Made by a program: the position numbers and the translations under genes
Part shown: positions 37,080 through 49,918 of the stretch, piece after piece
Position numbering within the stretch: position 1 is the stretch's first letter
How the letters are laid out: every line of letters starts with the position of its first letter
Notes under the pieces: generated by a model
What the model was told of the DNA's origin: nothing
The model's database searches: none
What the model saw: only the letters and a program-made list of their open reading frames with translations
Source of the DNA: Isurus oxyrinchus
Taxonomy: Eukaryota
Assembly: GCA_026770705.1 (NCBI GenBank)
Contig: JANJGN010000021.1
Coordinates: 89,714,001-89,778,000 of the forward strand
Length of the DNA: 64,000 nucleotides
Direction: 5' to 3'

Positions 37080-38250
37080 AGGTAAAGATGACCATGTTCA
37101 TTGTCTATGGTGTTTGATAGGGTTCCTGTGAGTATATCAATGACTGCAGACAAATGAGTTTTGGGCGAGATGCTGGCAATTCTTCTCTGCCTCTGACATG
37201 TACTTGCTTTTGAAGGAAGCCACACTATATTTGATTTGGTTGTATCAAGTGCAGCGATCCTGGGCGAGATTCTCCCAGGACTTGAAGTCGATGGCATAAC
37301 TCTCAACTGAAGCCTTCAGAAGGTCCTTGTAGTGCTTCATATGGCCGTCAGGGTAACGCACTCCAATCTCAAACTCTCCATAGAAAATTCACGTTGGTAA
37401 ATGAATGTTAGGCATTCTGGCTGCATGACAAGACCAACTCAGTTATGACTGTCTCAATATCATCTGGATGCTTGGCATGCTAGCTCTGGTGAGTAACTTA
37501 GTGTCTGGCATTTTTTTCCTTCCATCTGATCTCCAGAAGCTTCCAAAGGCAAGTCACATAGAAGCTGTTGATCTTATTGTCGTAACACTGGTACACAGAC
37601 TATGTCTCGCATGCGTAAAGTGTAATGGATAGGACTATTGCTCTAAAGACTTTCAGTTTGGTAGGTAGAGTTTCTTGTCTTCATGCCTAGACTGATTTTC
37701 GAAATCTACCATGAACAGTTGCTTTTACAATTCTTGCATCTGTCTCGTCGTCAATATATACAGTTCTGCCGTGATCAGCAAACTTATAAACTGCTGGCAG
37801 TTCCTGGTTATGGATTGAAATATTGGGCTTGAGATAGGGGTTCCTGAAGCACTCTGGTACACGGCTTCACTTTTCTTCATGGTTATCATGAGGCTGAAAC
37901 GTTTACATGCATTGAAGAACAAGATCATGCTTCACTGTCTGTCCAACTCTGAACTGGCATCTAGTTCATAGTCATGAGCAAAGTGAAAATCAAGAAGTAT
38001 GTTATTGGACACTTGGTCTTTGCCTGGAGCCGTGTCTGATTGAGCAAGTTCCTACAGGTGCAATATTTGATTGTAATGCCAGGATCAGCATCGAGGACTA
38101 CATTAAAAAGCATGGCGGAGAGAAAAAAAATGCTGACGAGGCTTGGAGGTAGCATGCACCCTGTATAACTCCATCGGTGACTGCGATTGGTTAGAAGACT
38201 CATCATTCAGGACACGCACTGACATGCATTCATGAAACTATCGAAACATT
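37080..38250 (-). mobile_element. RTE (BovB-like) LINE, RT to 3' end
   Basis: GCMLPPSLVSIFFLSAML...PGITIKYCTCRNLLNQTRLQAKTK and IFYGEFEIGVRYPDGHMKHYKDLLKAS match RTE-BovB-type motifs. Confidence 0.88.
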
Positions 38251-38809
38251 GTCATGAATTACTTATAATTGTTTCTGCACTGTCACATGGAAACTGTGGA
38301 ATGTCTAACTTTTTCCTAATTTTCCACTGTCGACTACTATGCTGAAGCCCATTTGTGTTTTGATTTTATTATAACTGGTGTAAGCATTCATAAAAACGCT
38401 TCAGCTCTATACGTGTGCTATGCGACTCAAATCATCTCGCCATAGAGGATGCAAGTAAAATTATGTTGTTTGTAACAAATTCACATTTAACCTCTAATCC
38501 AGCGATACAGCATATAAAAAACACCATTATTTCCAATTAGCCATTTGAAATCGGGAATTTGCAATTGTTCTACAGCTCAATCATAGTACAATGATAAGGT
38601 TATGGGACCACAGACGGAAAGTCAGGAGACAGGAGTTTAAGTCACATCCGACAACCAGTAGCTTTTAAATTCAATTAACTAAAAAATGAATATGAATCAA
38701 GCAAACGTTTCACAAATGGTGACAGGAAACAACCGGATGGTCAGACAGCTCTACATGTTTCATTAATGTCTTTTAAGGAAAGAAATCTGCAATGGAACAG
38801 GCGACCATA

Positions 38810-40860
38810 TATTCGAATTTGGAGCAGGAGTTATCTATTTCGCCCCTCGAGCCTGCTCCACCATTCAATAAAATCATGGCTGATCTCATTGTGGCCTCAA
38901 TTCTGGCTATGCCTGATAGATTCTTGACTAACAAGGGAGTCAAAGGTCATATACATTTTCCTTAAAAGTATCCAATGGCGTTTCTTCCACCGTTCTCTGG
39001 GAATAGAGTTCCGGAGATTCAGGACCCTCTGTGAGAGAAAAAAACCTTCTAATCTCCATGTTAAATGGATGGCCACTATATTTTTAAATTGTGTCCGCTA
39101 GGAGAAACATCCTTTTAACATCCACTCTGTCAAGTTACCAAGGTTCTTATATGTTTAAATAAGATCGTCTCTCAATCACCTAAATTCAAAAAGATAGAGG
39201 CGCAGCCTTTCCAACACTTACTCCCAAGATAACCCTCGATCCTGGATACCAGTCGAGTGAACCTTCTCTGAACTGCTCCAATGCATTTATATTCTTTCAT
39301 GAATAAGGAGGCCAACACTGTATAAGGTACGGTAGGCGTGGTCTCACAAAGCCTCAAACAACGGTGGAAAAATGGCAACATTTATATTCCATTCCCTTTA
39401 TAATAAACGATAACATTCCACTTGCCTTCCCAATTAATTGAGATACATGCACACTAATTTTTCCTGATTCATGAAGCAGGCCATCCAGATCTCTTTATAC
39501 CTCAAAGTTCTGCAATCTCTCCACATTTAAATAATATGTTGCCTTTCTATACTTTTTGGCAAAGTGGACAGGTTCACATTTTCTCACATTATACGCCATC
39601 CGCAATTCTTTTCCCACACACTTATCCTATCTATGTCTTCTTGCAGACTCTTTTTGTCCTCTTTTTTCATTCATTTAAGGGATGTATGCCTCGCTGGCTG
39701 GCTAGCATGTATTGCCCATTCCTAACTGCCCTTGAGTGGGTGGTGGTGAACTGCCCTCTTGAAACGCTGTGGTCTATGTGCTGTAGGTACACCGAAGTGC
39801 TGTTAGGGAGGGAGTGACTCATAACTTACGTTCCTACCTATCGTTATAACATCAGCAAATTTAGCAACTATACATTTGGCACCTTCACCCAAGTCATTGA
39901 TGCAGCTTGTAAATAGTTGATGCCCGGATTGATCCCTGTGGCACTCCATTCGTCACAGCTTGCCAACCTGAAAAAAACAATTATGCTTACTTTGTTTTCT
40001 GTTAGGTAATCAATCCTCTATCTATGCCAATATGTTACACCTTACATCGTAAGTTCTGTCCTTTGATGTGACACATTGTCAAATGCCTTCTGGAAATCTA
40101 AGTACAGCACATCCACAGGTTCCCATTTATTCACATTGCTTGTTACTTCCTCAAAAGGACTGCAATAACTTAGATTTCCCTTTCACAAATCCAAGTTGAC
40201 TCTGTCTGATTGGATTGAGATTTTCTATGTGCCCCGCCCTAACATTCTTAATAATAGATTCCAGCATTTTTCCAGGTGTTAAACTGGCTAGCCTATAGTT
40301 TGCTGATTTCTATCTCCCTTCTTTCTTACATAGAGGATTCCCTTTCGCTAATCTAATGGGACCTTTCCATCTACTATCCTAGCAGCCACTTATTTTAAGG
40401 TCCTAGGATGAAGTCTATCGAGACAAGCAGGCTTGTCAGCTTTTAATTCTAATAATTTTCTCAGTACCCTTTAACTGGCTTTTGTAATTGTTTTAAGTTC
40501 CGCCCTCCCGTTCACCTCCTGATGCACTGTTATTTCTGGAATGTTATTTGTATCTCTACTGTGAAGGCAGACGCAAAACATCTGTTGAGTTAATCTGCCA
40601 TGTCGTTATTTTCCATTATTACTTCCCATTCCTACTCTCTAGAGGACAAAGGCTCAATTGTCTTGCTCTTTTCCTTTTTAAATACCGGTAGAAACATTTG
40701 CTATCTGTTTTATTTTGCATTTATAGCTAGCTTCTCTGGCATCCTAATTTCTTCCTCCTTATTTTTCGTTTAGACAATTTTGCTGTTCTTTGTATTCTGT
40801 CCAATCTTCCGACATGCCACTCAGCATTGAAGAATCATATGCTTTTGCTTTCAATTTGAT
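38810..40860 (-). mobile_element. CR1 LINE (same subfamily as 22050-23440) with a family-B 3' end inserted at ~39665-39815
   Basis: Antisense of the 22050-23440 element (ggagcaggagtt...cgagcctgctccaccattcaataaaatcatggctgatc; gtcaaatgccttctggaaatctaagtac = YLDFQKAFD). Confidence 0.9.
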
Positions 40861-40959
40861 ACCATATTTATTATGCTTAGACTGGATAGGATGTCTGCTC
40901 AGGGTGGCTTCCATCCTACGTGGTTAAAGGAAATGGGATTGGAGACAGCGGAGTGGCTT

Positions 40960-41760
40960 GCCATAACCCTTCAATCTGCCCTAGGCGTGGGCAGGTGGCA
41001 GAGGATTGGAAAGTGGAAAATGCGACAAACCTATTCAAGAGAATAGGTTTACTAACCTTTACTAACTGCAGGTCGGTCAGTTTAACATCATGGCTAGGTA
41101 AGTTCTTAGGAACAACAATTAGGAAAGAAAATCATCAGCAGAGTAGTTAGCAAAGCATACAAGGTATTATGTGTTATAGTTCGTGGTATTGAACACCAAA
41201 GCAGGTAAATTGCGCTGAACATTTATAGACACCTGTTTAGGCCACAGCCAGATTATTAAGAGAAGTTCTGGTCACCACACTTCAGGAAAAATATAATTTT
41301 GCAGAGGATCTTTAGCAGAATGGTTCGTTGGATGAGAAATTTCAACTACATGGCTAGATTGGAGATGCTGTGCGTACTCTCCTTATAGGAAAGTAGATTG
41401 AGTGAATATTTCAGAGTATGCAACATTTTGATAGGATTAACAGAGGTAGAGAAAAAAGTCTGTTCATATTATCTGATGGTACAATAACTAGGGGACACAG
41501 ATTTAAGGTTGTGGACAAGAGATACAGCGAGGAATCGGTGAAGGACCTTTTTTTACAAAGAGACTGTTAAAGAACCTGCACTTGCTGCACATGAGAGTGA
41601 TGGATGCAAAACGTTGGTGGATTCAAAATAAACTTGCATAGGCATTTGAAGGTAAATAAAAGCTTAAAGTGAGAGAATGGGATTCATCTGATTTCACTCT
41701 GGAGAGCTGTCATAGACTGGATGCGCAGAATAGCTTTATTTTGTGCCTTATTGATTCTGT
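40960..41760 (+). mobile_element. Decayed, internally deleted CR1
   Basis: EDWKVENATNLFK...NCRSVSLTS, followed by C-terminal and 3' UTR remnants. Confidence 0.8.
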
Positions 41761-42404
41761 GGCTCCTGACAATACAGTGTACGTACACCACAGGGTTACA
41801 GGAGCCCAGGAAGCTGACTCCTCTCTACCAAAGCAAGGGCAATTCAAATGGCAATACATCCCCTCCTTACTAACAGCGATAGATTGAATGAACCAAAAAA
41901 AATCAGCAATATTGAAATGATCTCATTCTTCACCGACCAGCATACGTGCCTTTAGAGTTAATGTTACCTAAGATCCCTTTATTGAGGGCCGCACTGGAAC
42001 AGCATCATTCCCTGGTACCCAAAAGCCTGACTCACTGGAACTGACTGTCTGGAAACCCACGCAAATATTCCTACTGTGACCTGTTGGCGTGTAAACGTGG
42101 GCTGATTACCCGGTACTTGCCCAGTTACTTACAATGTTCTAATTAGAACTGAACTTCCAGCAGGCTCTAAGTCAGAGTGCCCACAACAAAACTGCACCCA
42201 CCCCCAACACTGGCTTTGGGGTTGTCAGGTGAGAGGATGTGGTTCTGAGGAGAGGCGTGGAGATGCAAGTGGAAGCGGACATGGAAGCGGAGGAGGCGTG
42301 GGGCGAGGGGAGCGGTGATAGGTTTTGACAGGGAGTGGGTGGGTAGCTGCTCGAATTAAAAGTTGAATAACATAAAAAATGACAATAACTCTAAGCAAAT
42401 GGAA

Positions 42405-43590
42405 ATTCGGAGAAACACTTGTAGACACTGGCGAACACTTGCACACGCTTAAAATCAGTTAAAATCACCAGCAAACACTTGTGAACCTTTGCAAAGTTCG
42501 TGTGAACACTTAACAACATAAGAACTTACGACTTAAGTGCAGGCCCTAAGACCTGCGTTACAATTCCTTAAGATCATGGCAGATCTGACTGTGGCATTAA
42601 CTCCATTGTCCTCCCTTCCCCAATAACTCAGGAGTCCCTTGTAGATAAAATAAAATATCTAACTCAGCCTTTAATATGTTCAATGGCCCAGCCTTAACTA
42701 TTGTCTGGGTGCATAAGGGACTTCAAAGATTATAAGCACTCGAAAAAAATCCTCCTTATCTCAGTCTTTAATAAGAGACCACTTATTTTGAAATATATGT
42801 CCATATATCTTTCCCCACATGTTTTCAGCATTTCCCCTTTAATTTCCCTCGGAATAATATGTGTCAAACAGATTATTCAGTTTTTTTCTGAACTCCAATG
42901 ATTATTAGACCATATTCCTCAACCATTCTTCATAAAACAACCCGTTCATCCCAGAAATAAACCTAGTAAACAAGGCAAAGCACTTAAATGAATAACACAT
43001 GGAGGCCCTTGAAAATACTTGTAGGCACTTGGAGGTTCTTGCAAACACTTCCAATAATGTATATAGATATGCTATAAAACACTTACGTGGACTTGGTAAC
43101 ACCACTAAATATTTGAGCGTACTGAGAAGAAACACATAAAAACCCATGTAAAGTCTCGAACGCACTTTGGAGTATATAAAAGGGCTTTACAAGCACTTAA
43201 GATCACCTTGAAACAATTGAAAGTAACTGAAAGCATTTAAAGCACTTGAAGCTCTTGAACACACCTGAAAGCATTTTCAAGTGCTTAAAACACTTAAAAT
43301 CATTTAACAGAAAAAACACCTATAAACACTTGAAAGCATTCGAAAGTACTTATCAACAACTACTGCACTGCAAGTCCCCGTGAAACATTCATAATTTTTT
43401 TGTAAATAACTGAAAGCACTTAATATAATTAAAACACTTAAACACCTGAAAACTCTCGGAAGCTCTTGTAAGCTCTTGTAAACGTTTAAAACACTTGACA
43501 ACACTTTAACGCAAACTTCGAAGAGCAACTGGAAGTGATTTCAAAATGTTGAAATAGTTAAAAACAGCTTAAAAACGTTACAAAACTCCT
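42405..43590. repeat. Degenerate ~10-bp tandem array (consensus about AAACACTTGA / AAAGCACTTG), split by a CR1 3' fragment at ~42515-42970
   Basis: Many variants: aaacacttgt, gaacacttgc, aaagcattta, aagcacttga, agctcttga, aaacacctga, aaacacttga. Confidence 0.8.
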
Positions 43591-43831
43591 GCCTCCAATT
43601 ACGTTTTCGGAGACGTAACTTCGTCGCATCTGCACCTTACCACTAGCCCTTCTGAATTACTTTGACGACGGTTCCATTGATGGAAGAGGCTGTCCTGGCT
43701 AACAAGTAGTTAGCAGCACAAATTCAAACGTGGTTAACGGCGTGTGCTATGCCACTTAGCTCAAGAATTAGGCTGACATAAACCAGAGCCAATGCTCTTT
43801 AAGCCATGTTACTCTCTTTCTGAAACGATCT

Positions 43832-44134
43832 TCAACCACTGAAGCCATACAGGGTCCGCCCCTGGCGCTTCAGGGTGTAGACAACATCCATGGCCATCAC
43901 TGTCTTGTGCTTGGCGTGTTCAGTGTAGATGACCAAGTCTTTGATAACATTTTCCAAGAAAACCTTCAGGACTCCGCGGACCTCCTCGTAGATGAGGCCG
44001 GAGATGCGCTTGATGCCCCCGCGGCGGGCGAGGTGCCAGATGGCCGGCTTCATGATACCCTGGATATTATCGCGAAGGACTTTGCGGTGCCACTTGGCTC
44101 CGCCTTTTCCCAGCCCCTTACCACCTTTCCCTCA
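43832..44134 (-). pseudogene. H4: Histone H4 pseudogene (residues 3-102 plus stop; ATG-S-G missing; R3 codon is TGA)
   Basis: Indel-free 101 codons: [99 protein letters not shown]. Confidence 0.96.
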
Positions 44135-45039
44135 CTTATCCTTGGACTGTTGTAACAAGCTGTGCGCCCACCCCCTCCCCCTCCCCCGCCCCCTCCCTGC
44201 CCGCCTCCCGCCGCAACCCAACCCATGTCAAATCCACTGCCATTGCTCAATTTCTGCACCATTAGGCCCGTTTGCGTCCAGGAGGCTAACATTTGGCCGG
44301 ACTTTTGTGGTTACTGACAAAGCGGAGGATTTCTCCATTGACCATTTCAAAACTTATGAACTTGCCTTGTTCATTGGTTTGAGCAAGAATTTCAACTTCA
44401 TGATGTAGAACATTACAGCAGCGCGATGATCAGTGAAGTCTTGTAGGGATGGACATTCCATGTGACAGACCAGTGACATCACAAACTGGACAAACGCCCG
44501 TTGTGGTCAATTTTTTTTTTTTAGCTCAGATACAGTTCAGTTTCTCCTATAATTTTAAAGAAAAGCACATGTAACAACTTTTAAATAGTTCATAAAGTTT
44601 TAAATGCTTTAACAGACTATGACTGCCAAGTGACTGCCTCTCGGAAGCACGTTGGTGAAATGGCTTTGCTTTGTAACAGGAGCTGATTGCCCATAGTGAG
44701 TCTTGCAATACTTAATAATATCGGATAAAAGAGCAAACAGTTGCTTTAAAAAAAAACTCAGCTCCCTTGCCACACCAGGAGCACACGAATAACTGCCCAT
44801 CCCCTACCATCCTGGTCTGAAAATGCACAGAATGTGCTTGGAGTGATTCAGAAGTTGTTTCCCATACTTAATTCTTCAAATATGTACAAATATATGCAAA
44901 TACCAAGATTTATCATGTTATTAGAGAACTAATACAAAGCCCTATCAGCAAAGGTAGAATTAGAAAACACGTGTTTTTCCGCTTTTTTTCAATAATTTAT
45001 TATTTATCTGCAGTAAACTTCCATTTCCCCCTATTGTCT

Positions 45040-45210
45040 TTTTTATTCATTCAAGGGATGTGGGCTTCTCTGAATAGGCCAGCAGTTATTGATCATCCCT
45101 AACTGTCCTTGAGAACGTGGTGATGATCTGCCTTATTAAACCGTTGCAAGCCATGTGGTGTAGGTATACCCACAGTGCTGTTAAGAAAGGAGTTTCAGGA
45201 TTTTGACAGC
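45040..45210 (-). mobile_element. Family B LINE 3' end
   Basis: Reverse complement of the terminus at 47860-48025. Confidence 0.85.
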
Positions 45211-45429
45211 CTTACAGTTATATTAAAGTTGTTAGTAGTTAATTATTGGTATTTTCATTCTAGTTTGAACCCTTCTATAATTACTGCTAAGCTCATAATT
45301 AGTCAAATCTGCAGTGTTATGGCACAGTCGATGTTAAATGCTAAGTTTTTCAATTTGCAAAGGGAAACTTGGAACTGTCGCAGCTTGTTTTGTAATTTGT
45401 ATAAATTTTGAGATCATGCCCTGAATTCA

Positions 45430-46181
45430 GTAGCAATAAGACCCCCAAGGTTTATAGGTTTTTACAAAACTAGGTTCAACATTTATGCAGAGGGAATGCC
45501 TTTAAATGCATACATTGATCTACAAATTACTACTATGATAACTTCTAATTCCCCCACTTAATCTGACTTATAGTTACACTTTTTTAGAAAAGACCCAGGC
45601 AAATTAAACGATACCCTGAGCAACTGAATTCAGCGTTAGTTCTCTTAACTTCAATCCCTGAAGGCAGCATGGTACATATAGGCTGCAGTCGTTTTACACT
45701 TTTTGAATCTTAGACTGCCTTCCCTTACACACAGCCTCCACTCCTTTATACATATTTTCCTCTTTGATACAAATTCCTATTGTTTCACCGTATCTTTTGA
45801 ACTTTACTTCTCTACTAACAAAAAATCTATCACAGTACCAATTCCACCAGTAATCTTTTTGGAAATATAAATAAACACACTATTTCTTACTACTTCTGCT
45901 GGCTAGGTATACATTGCACCCGGTCCTTTGAACTGAAGCCACACTAGTTTATTTAAAAGTGCAAATTGCCCCCGTTACACATCACATTCAAAAACATCCC
46001 TATGTTTACCTTATTAAGATTTCAAACTTAATTTCTCTTCTTACATCAAAGCACCCAGACTAGCTGCCTCCAATTCAATTAAGTCTCTCTCACAAGCACA
46101 GACACATATAGACACATAAACTCAGGCTCTCTTTTCAATAAATTCCAATAATGTTATGGGCATTATTAGATCTTCCTGACA
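45430..46181 (-). mobile_element. Possible solo LTR
   Basis: Minus strand starts TGTCAGG and contains TATAAA (~45745). The other terminus and a target-site duplication are not clear. Confidence 0.3.
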
Positions 46182-47689
46182 ACTGCAATATAAGCCCATA
46201 GAAATCAAAGTCGGCCTTCTGAGCCCTCTATGTCACAAAATAAAAATGCAAAGATCTTCCATCAAATAATTAATTTCAACCTATGTTTGAGGTTAATATG
46301 CCTTTTTTAAGATTCTTGTAATTATTCTGTGGCTCAGAAGGTCAGCTTTTGCTAAATAATGGAGATATACACCCTTACGTATAAGCAGCTTTGAGGAAAT
46401 CATTTTGGAACAGAATGGGATATATCTCGGAAGTTAATTTCAACGGAGGCTGCTGGATTGTCATGTGACATTCAGTGCTATAATGCTTGGTTAGCATTAA
46501 CGGTTTTGACAGGAACATTTTCAGCGGCCTTAAAACAACTCTGCATCATTATTTTGAAATGTAGACACTGCATTGCCTTGCCTGAATCACCCTCAGAGCA
46601 AAATAATCAGGCTTCTTCAAGCGCTTTATCTCGTGGTGCTTTTTTTCGGGAGAGGATGGTCCAGGTCATTACACGGACAAGTTGACAACTGTTCCTTTCG
46701 ATCTTCTTCGTAGACCTTGCTAGTCAGCATTAATTAGGCTCTCTGGATAGTTTGTCTCATCTGGTGACTTCCTTCAGTTTGGAATGGGTTACCTGGCTGT
46801 GTGTTTTTCAGCACTGGTGCAAACATGGCTAACTGCATCAATTTTTTGGATCATAAATATGTGTGGAATCGGTTTCTACAGATTCATCCTGCGATTTTCT
46901 TCTACAATATTTACAAAACTAAAATGATTTAAACATTTATGAATCAAGTTTGCAGCACTTTGCATCACATAGCCTTAGTATTTTATGTGGTGATATTTTT
47001 CTTGAAAATTGCAACAAAAAATTGTAACTAAGTTGATGTCCAAAAAAGAAACCTAACACAAGCATGAAATTGATAAACATTGCTTCTGTCGGTGCCTTTC
47101 TAATGGTGGCCCTATGACTGCTCCAAAAGACACATGTTAAACATCAGCTCTAAAATTATGCTAAAATTAGCAAGTAGGGCAAGCAGCCCAATTGGACTAA
47201 CTACAGTCCCTAGCAGCGGAACGTCATTCGAGCCTTACGGGGAGTGCAATTTCGGAATCTGGTGAAACTGTGCCATTTTGTATACAGAGTCAGTTGCGTC
47301 TCTCTTCCAACACTCAATAGCTTGAATGTATCAGATGAGATATTCGTTGCTGTTGGTAACACAAGGTCAAGGCCTTATTGCAGGCGTCGCCATTCTGTGG
47401 CCCTGTGGAACAATCACCTGGGTGGCAGGTAGCATTTCATCCAATTAAAGACGGAATTCTTTGAAACTGGCGCCGTTCTTGCCTCAAGCAGCCGAATGCC
47501 CAACAATTTTTTTCCACCCCTGTTTTCTTTATGCTTCAATAGCTTTGGTGACAGCAGGAAGAACGTGCCATATGATGAGGCTCTGATGATTTTAGTTGTA
47601 AAAAGCTGTCCACGTTTTCAGAACTTTCTATCATTATAGTCATATGGAATTGTTAAACTTTTCCATGTCTATGCCATAATATAAGTCAA

Positions 47690-48025
47690 TCAGGAATTCA
47701 CCACGGCTCCTTCGACAGCCTTCCAAACCCAAGACTATTACCATCCAGAAGGACAAGGGCAACAGATGGAGGGGAACACCACCACCTGAAGTTCCCCTGT
47801 ATGACACTGACCATCCTAACTTGGAAATATATAATTGTTCTTTCACTGTCGCTGTGTCAAAATCCTAGAACTCCCTCGCTAACAAGAATATGGGTGTACC
47901 TGCACCATGGACTGCAACGGTTCAAGCAGGCAGCTCATCACCACCCTTCTCAAGGCAGCTAGTGCTGGGCAATAAATGCTGGCCTAGCTAGCGAAGCCCA
48001 CATCAAGTGATTGAATAAAATAAAA
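47690..48025 (+). mobile_element. Family B LINE 3' end (in duplicated block, copy 1)
   Basis: Matches 24480-24800 and 49315-49640. Confidence 0.9.
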
Positions 48026-48829
48026 CTCAAAAATATCCAAGAAAATGGCTCAGCAGACAATGAGCTAACGATCTAACTTCGGGTGTAGCACACATGACAT
48101 AATGACATGTAATACAGTAACAATAATTGCATTTATGATGAAGTTCAACTGTGAATATGTGATCGAAGTGCTTTAACTTATATACATATATTGGATCTCA
48201 TCAATATTCAATGTGATTGCCGCGAAGACTTTGAGAAAAGAATTAAAACTAACTTAACACATTAACAGAATCATAATCTGTTTGGATGATTCGCTTCTCA
48301 GCAACTTCCAGGCCAACCAAAATACCATAACTGCGTCGTTCATTCCTTCCTACTTTTACGTAGATTTCCAACATAACTTGTCCTGTTTTTGATTTCGCTA
48401 GGCGTTCACTTTTATTCTCTTTAATGCAAAATGCTTTCAGCAATGATTAAGATAACTATTCATCACGAAAGTAGGTTCATTATTTTATATGTAAGCCTCT
48501 TTAAAACATAGGGAAAAGGCACACTGACTAATCACAAAATAACGATTCAAGTACCTTGGTTTCTTTGCAAAATTATGTTGTTGTACATGAAATTATATGA
48601 TTTAATGGTTTTGCTTTGCTGGTGCAAAAATACTGAAACATTTCACTGCATGCGTAATGCAATAAGGAGCCCAGTTAGTGTACATGGATAGAGTTTCATT
48701 CAGAATATGCCAAAGCTTGTGTTCCACCAGAAAAACGTCAAAGCTTCCCGTCCCGTCTGGTTGGACTTGGGACCTGGCCCCTCACTTTGCCTCGAAGGTT
48801 GGAAGGCAACGATAAACCAGCAATAACAC

Positions 48830-49640
48830 AGACACAGTCCATGTCCAAATGCAACAAGGCCTGGACAATATCCAGGCTTGGCTTGACAAAGTGGCACGTA
48901 ACATTCGCGCCACATAAGTGCCAGACAATGACCATCTCTAGCAAGAGAGAACCTAACCATCACCCCATTACGTTCTATGGCATTACCATCATTGAATCCC
49001 CCACTATCAACACCCTGGGGATTTCCGTCGACCAGAAACTGAACTGGATTAGCCATATACATACTGTGGCTACAAGAGCAGGTCAGACGCTAGGAATCCT
49101 GCGATGAGTAACTCACCTCCTGACTACCCAAAGCCTGTCCACCATCTACAAGGCATAAGTCAGGAGTGTGATGGAATACTCCCCACTTGAATGGATGGGT
49201 GCTTCTCCCAATAAAGGAGTTTGACACTGCCCAAGGCAAAGCAGCCCGTTTGATTGGTACCAAATCCACAAACATTGACCACCGATGCACAGTAGCATCT
49301 ATAAGATGCACTGCAGGAATTCACCAAGACCCCTTCGATAGCACCTTCCAACCCATGAACACTGCCATCTGGAAGGACAAGGGCAGTAGATAGATGGGAA
49401 CACCACCACCTGGAAGTCCCCCCCCGCCCCCCAATTCACTCAACATCCTGCCTTAGATATACATCGTCGTTCCTTCACTGTCGCTGGGTCAAAATCCTGT
49501 AACTCCCTCCCTAATAACAATGTGGGTGTACATACATCGCATGGGCTTCAGCGGTTGAAGAATTCAGCTCACCACTATCTTCTCGAGAGCTGCTAGGGTT
49601 GGATAATAAAGCTGGCTCAGCCAGCGAAGCCCATATTCCA
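48830..49640 (+). mobile_element. Family B LINE 3' part (in duplicated block, copy 2)
   Basis: KWHVTFAPHKCQTMTIS...LGISVDQKLNWISHIHTVATRAGQTLGILR and the family 3' end. Confidence 0.92.
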
Positions 49641-49918
49641 CATAAAGCACAGAAATATCCAAGAAAACGGCTCAGCAGACAATGAGCAAATGACCCAATT
49701 TCCGGCATCGCACACATGACATGACATAATGACACGTGACACAGTAACAATAATTGCACTTATGATGAAGTTCAACTGTCAATATGTGATCGAAGTGCTT
49801 TAACTTATACATATCAGCTCTCATCACTATTCTTTAATTGCCGCAAAGAGTTTGAGAAAAGAGTTAAAAAGAACTTAACACATTAACATAATTGTTTTCT
49901 CTTTGGATAATTTGAAAG

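Noticed and set aside
42405-43590. Array as CRISPR-like or coding repeat
   Set aside because: Units are about 10 bp, degenerate and unspaced, in a vertebrate context with no long ORF.
43785-43798. Hairpin AGAGC-CAAT-GCTCT as the histone 3' stem-loop
   Set aside because: Arm order and loop do not match the GGYYYT-TYTH-ARRRCC consensus on the H4 coding strand; at best a heavily decayed remnant.
43832-44053. 73-aa ORF as a functional short H4
   Set aside because: Its ATG is a CpG-mutated Thr30 codon, and essential arginines are mutated.
46793-46918. Minus-strand exon-like segment (FCKYCRRKSQDESVETDSTHIYDPKN*)
   Set aside because: In-frame stop before the donor and no partner exons found.
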